From: Catajapyx aquilonaris
Lineage: Eukaryota
Assembly (NCBI GenBank): GCA_000934665.2
Contig: KZ538390.1
Location: 55,941 to 75,940, forward strand
DNA length: 20,000 nt
Reading direction: 5' to 3'
Shown one piece after another: positions 11,736 through 20,000 of this stretch. Numbering within the stretch: position 1 is the first letter of the stretch; the number at the start of each line of letters is the position of its first letter. Below the pieces are notes generated by a model that was not told the DNA's origin, did not search any database, and saw nothing but the letters and a program-made list of their open reading frames with translations. The translations under genes and the position numbers were made by a program.

Positions 11736-14700
11736 TAATCAATAGTGGAATTAGTAAACACCATGCAATGAACACCGATTATTCATTCCGTTTAAAAAAA
11801 CATGAAACACATCACAATATTGGAGGTTTGGGAGTGTAATCTACGAGAGACATGAAAGGCGTGGGGGGAAGTGGCTCATTATCAGTGCTGGCGGTCGGAT
11901 TAATAATCCCGGCCAAATCCTTTGCAAAAGAGATTCCTGCCCCCGGCCACTTGAGCCCAGTTCCGATCAATAGACCCGATGGAGCGCGAGCTTACTGGGA
12001 AGATTTTGGCCAGGGAATTGCATTATTTCTTTCCCAAGTGCTATATAGTGCTGCACCCTCTTCAGTATCTCACGCAGAGTTCATGTGTGTGCATGACTGG
12101 CTTTCATGCGGGCACTGTACACCCTGCGCTTGGGGTTACAAAAAAGGTGCTTTGCGGAAAGGTGATCATAGCCTGCGTTACTTGCTTTCAATAATTTATT
12201 GACGCAAATACTTTCAATTGAAAATGCGAGTGTGCTATTGTACAATCGAGGCCTACTTGAAAATTCTATAAACGTACCTCAGCACTACAATATCGATTCA
12301 AGTCCTGTGCAATACACCAATATTGTACTAAACTCAGCGGAAAGAAACGTTCCAGATTGCTTAGAAACAGTTGTGGGGACCTCAGCTTTAAGTCGCAGTT
12401 TTCAGCTCGGACGCAAGCAAATGCGCAAACGACATTATCGTGGAGTTACATTAACTCGGATACATGCTAATCCATTTGGGAAAATCGAAGCTTAAGTAAT
12501 CCTCTTTGCAAGGGACTAAACTCCTACTTGCTCTCCTCCAAACCCGTGCCAATCTTTACTTGTTGCGTCCGTCACCACAAATGCCAAAAGTTTTAGTGCC
12601 TTGGAATATCCGAGAGATCCTCGGAATCACGTCAGAAACTTCACCTCTCCGCTTGATATACACTGTATATGCAGGATATATACAGGCAAAAAGCCTGCGC
12701 ACAGGCGGGCTTGAGCCAATACATTTCCCCGCCGCGATATTGTGCATTCCATCCAGAGAACCCGGGGCCCTATTGCTAAACCATAACGCGTGTCAGGGAT
12801 ACATTTGGAAACCCCACTGCTGGCTCAAATGCGAAATGTCACGCCTGTTTTTCGGGGGGTCGCACAACCTACCCTCCCCCCGCTCGCTTCCTATTGGGAC
12901 ACTAAAATAAAGGGACAGGAGGACAAAAAAAAACATTTTCATTATCATATTTTTTGTAGTGCGTGATAAAGGTGCCTTTTGGAAGCTGAACAAAAGAGGG
13001 ACCAAAAAAGCGGGAAATAAATTTTGGTCACTCTTGAGCGGATTGCCTTGCATTCGGATTGGTTCGCACCTGTTTGGATTTTTTCACATCCGCCGGATAT
13101 AGCGACACATTCCGGCATGTAGCGACAGGACCAAGCAACTGCTCGGCGCCATTTTTTATAACCACCCGAGAGTTTGTATAGCGGTTAAGTGCAGCTGTTG
13201 CCAACTTACGCGTGAGCCAACCGGGATCAGATTTTCTTCGACCAGAAGAGAGAAACTCGTGTTCCTTGCCTTGCAATATGCCATGTGCTGCTGACATCGC
13301 TACAAACCTGAATTACTTCCTTTAAAAACTATCCACTGTATCGTTTCTAATAAAATCCTCAAAGGGACCTGTAACGCAATTAAACTTTGCTTATAATTCT
13401 CTCCCACGAATTGATTCAAAATTAGGATCACAATTTCAGGTAACTTGCACTGTACGTACTGTACTGTTCGGTACAATGGCAAACTATTATTGAATTAGTT
13501 TTAAACCGGATTCAATTTCTTAGAAATTGGTTCGCTTTAGTTAAGTGCACTTTCATGAACATCTTCATAACGTGCACTTTCCTTTTGTACGGTAATTATT
13601 ATGTAACATTATTATTAACAAATTTGTATTACAAGTAGGTTCCACTGCAAAAATCTAGATAAGAGTATACACAGAAATGAATGATGATTATGCCTTTTGC
13701 ACAGCGCAGAGGGGTGTCAGAGTAGAAAGAACCTCTCCGTGAGTTAGAAATGCATTCTTTGAAATGGTCGCATAAAAAGGAATTGCAGCGCAACTAACGG
13801 ATGGCACCGCCAACCAGCCATTTACAAAAGGCGAATGTGCGATTTTGATTGCACCATGTCTGACACCAAACGACCTAAGGAAGCTTCTCACAGCCTCCCC
13901 TGGCCAATGAATGGCCAGGCCGCAATGCCATGGGTCACTCGGGGATTTCGTCTTCGCGAATAAAAAGCAGCTTCTTCTTGCTGGCTATGTGCTAATTTTT
14001 CTCTCTCTGTCGTCTCCCGGAAATGGCCCAGCACCATAAACATTATGTGCTGACTTCCCAATACGCAACTGCTCCGGTTGAGCTCAACTTTTACACACTC
14101 CATCAAACGATTCACTGCCTATATATTTTTTCCCAGCCTCGTGAAACGATTTTGATTTATAAACCACGGCACTAAATATTATAAAGATTCGAGGGGAAAA
14201 AAAACGTCCATGCAAGACATGTGAAGCTAACGAAAAAAATCCATTTAATTTTGTCCACAAAAAAATATGCCCTAGACGTGTGGGAAGAATCAGTGCAATC
14301 CAAACCTTCCTCACGCTAGTCCCGGGACTATCGCATTAAATTTGTGTAAGGGCCCCCCGAATGGGGAGAATCCTGTCCATAGAACCAGATCTCCCCTATT
14401 CAACTCGGTTCAGGGTTCACCCGAGACACTAAAGGGTTCGCATAGGGGTCGTGAGAATGGAGGTCACGTACACGAGACCTGCACTTTATATGGACAACAC
14501 CTTCCTATCGCACCCTCACTTTGCCGAGTGCCCGTCCATTGATACCTGCTTCGCTCCGACCCCTTTTCTAACAAAACTACTGCACCTTACTTTAGGGGAG
14601 GAAGGAGGGGATGGAGGGGAAAGGTCCCTTTTGGTTTGCTCGACCTTGTCTCCTGCTTACAAGAATCCATTTAAGTTTCATTCGTCTTGTGGACTGGGCC

Positions 14701-15054
14701 AAATTCGAAAATTAATATTTAATCAGAGCAATATTGGGTCCATTCATGAGAAGCAGTAACATTTCCGTGGCGGGTACGGCTAGATACCACAGGGTGTATT
14801 GTCTGGACATGCTGCCCTTAAACCGTCTAAAAATGTTGGAAACTCGCAGTGTTTGTCAAGTAGCCACTAACAACAAAATATCAGATTAGTGGCTATGAAT
14901 TTTATGCTCGTAATTGTAACTGCGTAATACAGTATAACGACACTCTTGTGCGCTAATATTTTACATCACGCATACACGCATTGAACGATTTTGTTAAAGT
15001 GCACAGCAACCCTTGCGGTGGTCCCAACTTGGATAGCAGGGGCATTCAGGGCCT

Positions 15055-15440
15055 TCCTTAATAAGCAGAATAGGAGCGCACTTAGGAATGACCTGGAATG
15101 TATGGAACGCTGTTAAGACGGGACCGCCTCATTTCCTAACCTCCTGCGGAATAGCCCAGAAGTGGTCTAGCGCAACCAAACTCGGCCCATTCTAACTTTG
15201 CATCTAACCTGCAAACTTACCGGCTGTGATTGGACTTTTTTTTCTTCCCTCTAGAGACCGATAGCTTCAACTAAACGAATCACTAGATCAGGTTTGTGAT
15301 GAGTCAGACTGCAATGGCGAGGTCTTGACATGTGTTCCTATGAAAACCGGGTTCAAGAAGCGAAATCAGAGAGTTGGACCAAGTTTACCTAGAAGTATCG
15401 AGAAGTTCCTGTAGAGCTCTCTGGAAACTTACTTGGCCAT
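15055..15440 (+). pseudogene. Possible decayed LINE ORF2 linker between endonuclease and RT (LOA/R1-like)
   Basis: NKQNRSALRNDL (15060-15095; cf. RKTNW..YR.DL) and YENRVQEAKSESWTKF followed by SIE/VP (from 15339; cf. Y.K.IR.AK..SW..FCE.IE.VP). Remembered consensus, not searched. Confidence 0.35.
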
Positions 15441-16075
15441 AGTATACCTTCTTCCCTCTTCTCCACTCCCGGGCAACTTTTTAATTACTTGGTGATTCAG
15501 AGTTGATTGCCTGGTTGGTTTTACCAGATGTTGCCATGTCGGCAGAATAATTGGGTCTTGCGCCACCTTCTCCTTCTCTTTTGTACTGCACAATTATAGT
15601 TTCATAACTGTATTAACCAATTTTGTGTCTCACACTGTTCACATTTATATTCATTTATCCGCGTTTCGGGAGCCTAGTAGAAATCCTGGGATTGTATCTG
15701 TCCGAGAGATTGAATCCAGAATATGCCAGGTGAGTAGTGCATGTATAATGTACATTGAATCCACCTTATAGACCCGAAGGGTACTGTAGATGAAGAAGTG
15801 GACTAGAGAGAATATCGAAAGAGAGGGGGGAGGGGAGGGGAAGAAGCGGTTATAACGGGGTTTTGCAAACATAGCCTACATTTACAAAGTTACACTGCTT
15901 TTACTAGTTAAACAATCCTTCCCAAGTTACCCTGCACCATCATTTCATGTTAATTATCTTTCCCTAACCTCATTATATAGCTTTATATAGGAAGATTATT
16001 CAATTTGTAGTTCAAATAGGAAGATTATTAAAAATAATACTATAACCTGATCACATCTTCGAAAGCACAAGAACG

Positions 16076-16228
16076 TACAGTATGTCAGAGAAGGTTCAGA
16101 AAAATGTGTCCTGTCGTTAGGAAACCATCAGCATTCGAAGGTGGAAGCCTCAATCGTGTGCTATATAGCTCTGATGGTTGTCTAATGCCAGAATAAGTGT
16201 TGTTCCGAAACATTTTTGTAGCATAATT
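16076..16228. mobile_element. Degenerate inverted-repeat (MITE-like/fold-back) element, ~150 bp
   Basis: Arms 16111-16131 (CTGTCGTTAGGAAACCATCAG) and 16171-16191 (CTGATGGTTGTCTAATGCCAG) pair at 19/21 positions counting two G-T. Weaker complementarity extends to ~16081 and ~16225. The left edge starts TA-CAGT, as Tc1/mariner ends do. Confidence 0.42.
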
Positions 16229-16574
16229 ATAATGTATGTTAACTGATCAGCACAAGAGTTTGAGTTTACAAGATGCTTAGAACCAAAAATTACTTGCGTA
16301 TATTATTAAATTTTAGCTACAGACATTCTCATAAGAGTACTGGTTATCCATCAGCGTGAAAGACCTCTAAGTTCTAACATTACTCCCTTTCTTTATATCC
16401 CCATGTATTGAAAACGTGAAAATATGTTTTAGCCACTGTATAGCGCTACCTGCTAATCAAGAGTGCAGTTGATTATAAATTAATTTGAACCGAAGGTCTT
16501 CCTTTTCCTCCTGCACAAGGTAGCCTGGCATGACCTGGAGGTTTTTGTCCACACGTTTTTTTGCCCCCTTTCTC

Positions 16575-16800
16575 AGCTTACTTCTCCACTTCTTTCATCT
16601 GAGGCCGGCAGTGGCACTGTGGCCCAGGCTCATTACTCCCATCCTAGTCTTCCTTTTGCTTCCGGGCGACGAGCTATTGCGCCTAAGAGAACGCTTGCTT
16701 TGATGGGGAAACCGCAATGTCCGACCATTAAAGAAGCTCTTTCCCAGACTCAGGTTGCCATTTGTGGGTCTGCAATTATCCTCCGAGTAGTCCACCCGTA
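16575..16800 (-). pseudogene. Possible decayed 5' portion of an RTE-clade LINE (5' UTR end and start of AP endonuclease)
   Basis: Minus strand: CGGGTGGACTACTCGGAGGA (16798-16779) resembles an RTE 5'UTR motif as I remember it. It is followed by NLSL...FNGRTLR (cf. WNVRTL), RMGVMSL and R*K/SGE (cf. EVRWK.SG). Confidence 0.35.
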
Positions 16801-18288
16801 CTTCTGTACCAAGCAGTTTTCCGTCGTAACCACGAGAAAAATAATCTCCAACAATTTCAAAGTTAAAAAAGTGGAAGAAGGTTGCTGGGACAGCCCTAAG
16901 GAGAGTTTTGGTTGCAATTAGCATCATTTATACCACACTTGATTATCAGTGGGTCACATGCATCATTTCTTTTGTAATCACTATACAGTACAATACATTA
17001 GAGGATAAGCAATAATACTGTACGAATATTTGGATTCTCTGCAGTCCCTTACGATATGCAATCAACTGTCGCGAAATGGGTTTAATGTCTACTGTATAAC
17101 ACGTTTTGAAAAGTGGGAAGTATAACTCCGTTATAAGAACTTTAAAAAATTGCTGGCAGCATTAATCCGATGGGATAGAAAGTAGGCATATCCGAGACAG
17201 AGATACAATCCACACTCTCAATTAGGTGATTGCCTCTGGAGAAAGAAAGCCATTGGTTACTTTCTCAACCGCGTCCGCCTCCAGGAAAAAACCCAGATGG
17301 AGCCTCGGCAAGACCGGGCCCAAACTTCCAAAAAGGGGGACATTAATGTCCAAAATATGTATGACAAAATTATGAATATGGAAGTCGAGTGCACAACGCT
17401 AGCTTCCCCCAACCCAGTGAATAGTCAAAATTCTAATACTACTATTTCACCACGTTCGTTCTACAATATCAAACTGCACTTAAAGCCCCTTGTAGGAACA
17501 ATGGCTTGATAGGTATATTGTGCTTTTATGATGTTCACAAATTGGCTCGAGTTTGAGAAAGCACTTTGAATTTTGCACTGCACTGTAGCGTCTGCAGGCT
17601 TTCCGCTCCACCAAGTAACTTGCGCAGTGTTGCCAAGGCACAACAGCCTATTATGCCTGTCTTATTTTTCTGCATTTAGGTGACAAGCCGTTCCATTCCG
17701 CTCATTAAGGATAATGCTCTCCTTTCTTGCAGCGTGAAAGCCGAGCGCCTCCAACTCGGAATATCTTTTAATTACCTCTTTGGGGAGATTAAAGTTGAAC
17801 ACCGGCATTGATCCGCCTCGGCCATGAATGGAGAAGGTACCAATACATTACATAAGAACAGATTTGGTATCAATAACATAAATGGCTCTTTATACTCCCA
17901 CAATTCTAGACTTGCGGAGATTCTATGGCTAACTGATACATGATATAAAAATAACTCCGACCCAAAATATACTACATAAAAAGAGGTTATAGCTATATCT
18001 TGTAAAGTTCGGGAGTTGTTCAGTCAGGAGTACTGCAGCAAGGTTGGCACCATAAGGCTCCAAACGATCGCTAGAACACGGTACCTTCTGTGAGGCGAAA
18101 GGGACCATCGCGCCAGTCTACGCCACCAACATTTCCATTGCAAATGACACTTGTCTCTCTAGACGGTTTCCTATTCAATTACGGTATGAACCTTAGCCAT
18201 GTGTAACCAAAACACTTTTGTCGCAAAAGTTAGCTAAAAAAATTAGGGTATAATCGAGTTGAAAATGAAACATCCTCAATAATAATAA

Positions 18289-18610
18289 TGTGACCATTTC
18301 ATTTTGGACATGTCTGTACATGGTCCCTTTATTTTGTGCTCAAATGTACTTACACCACATGACGTCACCAGCCTGCTGTTCCCATTTCGCATTGCGTTTG
18401 CACCACTACTTAAGCACGCAACGCAGGGGCCTCTAGGCCATTTCGCTAGGAGAGTATCCTGGATGACTGGTCACTCCTTACCACCCTCTCCTACCTAGCT
18501 ATCCTTTTTCCCTCATATCACTTGGTGACATTTTGAACGGAATAAACTGTCTGACTTAAACGAACCCACTGTCTTTGGTTTTGTGTATGTACCTAGTCGC
18601 TCAGGTCACA
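18289..18610 (+). repeat. 5' long terminal repeat (322 bp)
   Basis: Begins TGTGACC (18289-18295) and ends GGTCACA (18604-18610), a perfect 7-bp inverted repeat. Contains AATAAA and is followed 4 nt later by the PBS. The second LTR lies outside the window. Confidence 0.88.
18541..18546 (+). terminator. LTR polyadenylation signal AATAAA
   Basis: AATAAA 64 bp before the LTR end, followed by a GT/T-rich tract (TGTCTTTGGTTTTGTGTATGT). Confidence 0.72.
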
Positions 18611-18614
18611 TACG

Positions 18615-18633
18615 TGGTGCCAGGTGTGGGGTT
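18615..18633 (+). promoter_or_regulatory. Primer-binding site, probably tRNA-Leu(UAA)
   Basis: TGGTGCCAGGTGTGGGGTT is complementary to a tRNA 3' end AACCCCACACCTGGCA-CCA. From memory this matches animal tRNA-Leu(UAA); the isotype should be verified. Confidence 0.85.
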
Positions 18634-19038
18634 CTGGTCTCCTTCGTGAGTCCCAGACGGTATTCAGACAGTACTGGTTTTGAAACGTATCTCGTGTTAC
18701 GAGTACGTATACGAGTGTGTTTACGGTGTTTACCATCGTTTCCTTTTCGAAGGTTACGAGTAGCGTGTCGTATTCGTACGAATACACTGAGTTGGGTTTC
18801 AGTCCATTGTGGTATTAATTTGGGGTGTATACTTTTGGGTTTCTTAGGTTTACGAGTATAGATTTAAGAGTGTTTCCTATTGTGGTACGGTACTATTGTG
18901 GTATTTTTGTAGTGTGTATAAAGGTAGAAGGGTCCGGGGTGCGTTTCCCTACGGGTGAAACGTGTGACACTCCCCTACTGCGGTTGGTGGTTGTTCTCGT
19001 TGGTTGTTGGTCTGCTCGTAAGAGGTTTGTTGGTCGAG

Positions 19039-19878
19039 ATGGCGTCGGGAATTCCTCCTCTGTCGAAGTACGATAGATCTTCTCCATTGCCAGAGTGGAA
19101 AGCAATGTATTCACTCTATGTTGATGCAATGGGGTGGGACGAGGCGAAGAAATTGGCACGCCTGCCGCTTTTTCTGGAGGGAAATGCCTTCCATGCCTAC
19201 CGCCTCCTCACACCATTACAAAAGGTTGATTTTGCATCTGCATGTTCCTCCTTGGAGTCATCCCTAACCCCGGTGGCTCCTAAGGTATTGCAACAGAGTG
19301 AAGCCTCATTGATAACTCTGAAGCCAGGTGAAGGATGGGATTCCTATGTTTTCAGACTTAAGGAAGCCATCGCAAAATCACACCCTACGGCTCCTCCAGA
19401 AACAGTCTCCCAACTCGCCTGTGGAAGGCTATTCGAGTCCCTTCCTCGGGACACCCAGCGACAGATTATGTCTCAAGACTTGTCGTCTCTTGATGATGTT
19501 TTGCGTATCGCAAAGTTGACCGACGGCATAAACAAATGGCAGTCGAGTCACTACACCCCACCACATGGTTCTCGTCCACATGAGCCGAATTTCGTTGGCT
19601 ACGACAATATGTCCACTGAGGTTCCTGTTGGACCTGTGCGATCCCAGACTTTTGTTAGAGGTCGTGGGCGTGGCCATAACCACGGACGAGGCCGAGGTCG
19701 TGGAGGTCGCGGTTCTGGTCGAGGTAAAGCTCCTTCGCAATCTTCCAACAGCGATACGAATACTGCTGTGTGCGAGTATTGTAAGAAACCAAGGCACACT
19801 ATGCAGGACTGTTGGAAGCGACAGAAAGATGTCGCAGAGTGGGAGAAGACCAGACCCGATCTTCCGGGAAACTACTAA
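19039..19878 (+). CDS. gag: Retrotransposon Gag (279 aa): capsid-like region, RG/RGG-rich tract, CCHC zinc knuckle
   Basis: ATG in strong context (GAG-ATG-G), first AUG after the PBS. W..Y....GW....KLARLPLFLEGNAF..Y is capsid-like. RGRGRG tract at 19657-19725; CEYCKKPRHTMQDC (C-X2-C-X4-H-X4-C) at 19771-19812; ends PGNY-stop. Confidence 0.93.
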   Translation: MASGIPPLSKYDRSSPLPEWKAMYSLYVDAMGWDEAKKLARLPLFLEGNAFHAYRLLTPLQKVDFASACSSLESSLTPVAPKVLQQSEASLITLKPGEGWDSYVFRLKEAIAKSHPTAPPETVSQLACGRLFESLPRDTQRQIMSQDLSSLDDVLRIAKLTDGINKWQSSHYTPPHGSRPHEPNFVGYDNMSTEVPVGPVRSQTFVRGRGRGHNHGRGRGRGGRGSGRGKAPSQSSNSDTNTAVCEYCKKPRHTMQDCWKRQKDVAEWEKTRPDLPGNY

Positions 19879-19921
19879 AGGCCGGAGTTACGAGGCGAAC
19901 CCTGGCCCAAAACAATGCCTC
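19866..19921 (+). promoter_or_regulatory. -1 programmed ribosomal frameshift signal (slippery heptamer + H-type pseudoknot)
   Basis: G GGA AAC at 19866-19872 in the gag frame; 7-nt spacer; stem 1 19880-19889/19898-19907; stem 2 19892-19897/19916-19921. Confidence 0.85.
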
Positions 19922-20000
19922 TGAAACCGAAATCCCTGAGCCTCCTGTGTCTGTCCTCTCTGCCACAACTGCAAAGGTCTCCCTGTATGGCCAGGAATAC
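19872..20000 (+). CDS. pol: Start of pol in the -1 frame (partial; entering the aspartic protease)
   Basis: The -1 frame is open to the window end with no AUG: LLKAGVTRRTLAQNNASETEIPEPPVSVLSATTAKVSLYGQEY. The last residues resemble the strand preceding the ALLDTG protease motif, which is not visible here. Confidence 0.78.

Larger units (their letters stand above)
18289..20000 (+). mobile_element. Ty3/Gypsy-type LTR retrotransposon, 5' part (LTR-PBS-leader-gag-start of pol), truncated by window end
   Basis: TG...CA LTR with 7-bp inverted termini, PBS starting TGG, uninterrupted gag with CCHC knuckle, slippery site with pseudoknot, open -1 frame. Superfamily is inferred from the single CCHC gag plus -1 frameshift; pol domain order is not visible. 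Confidence 0.93.

Noticed and set aside
12890..13305. GGGAC and TAGCGACA repeats plus CTGTTGCCAAC as hAT-like MITE subterminal motifs
   Set aside because: Could not define paired TIRs or an 8-bp TSD.
17220..17480. LINE endonuclease C-terminal relic (KPLVT...PRWSLGK)
   Set aside because: Suggestive of SDH.P...PRW...KA.W, but the catalytic SDH is missing; too degenerate to call.
17665..17840. Host exon after pyrimidine-rich acceptors (TTTCTGCATTTAG; CTCCTTTCTTGCAG) ending at AAG|GTACC
   Set aside because: Stops in all frames and a weak donor; a non-coding exon cannot be excluded without RNA-seq.
19328..19924. Alternative-frame and antisense ORFs overlapping gag
   Set aside because: By-products of gag codon structure; the 19565-19924 ORF is in the +1 frame and terminates, so it is not pol.
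1..20000. CRISPR array, prokaryotic operon or endogenous viral gene
   Set aside because: No regularly spaced repeats and no long ORFs apart from gag; the SINE, microsatellites and LTR element indicate animal nuclear DNA.

Overview
Eukaryotic, most likely arthropod/insect, non-coding and repeat-rich DNA. I can support no host protein-coding exon, rRNA, true tRNA or CRISPR array. The clearest object is the 5' part of an apparently intact, young Ty3/Gypsy-type LTR retrotransposon on the + strand (18289 to the window end). It has a 322-bp LTR with 7-bp terminal inverted repeats (TGTGACC...GGTCACA), a tRNA primer-binding site, a ~420-nt AUG-free leader with repeated motifs and a 16-bp palindrome, and a 279-aa gag with an RG-rich tract and CCHC knuckle. 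A -1 frameshift cassette (G GGA AAC + 7 nt + H-type pseudoknot) leads into an open pol frame. A tRNA-derived SINE with an (AAT)n tail lies at ~2680-3039. The rest holds (AAT)n microsatellites, one assembly N with duplicated flanks, several badly decayed non-LTR (LINE) fragments recognisable only by broken peptide motifs, a degenerate fold-back element, and an excess of TACAGTA/TACTGTA heptamers resembling Tc1/mariner excision footprints. Nothing here demonstrates a wholly new system. The best leads are the regulatory and translational architecture of the Gypsy element and the footprint excess. Family assignments come from remembered motifs, not from database searches.
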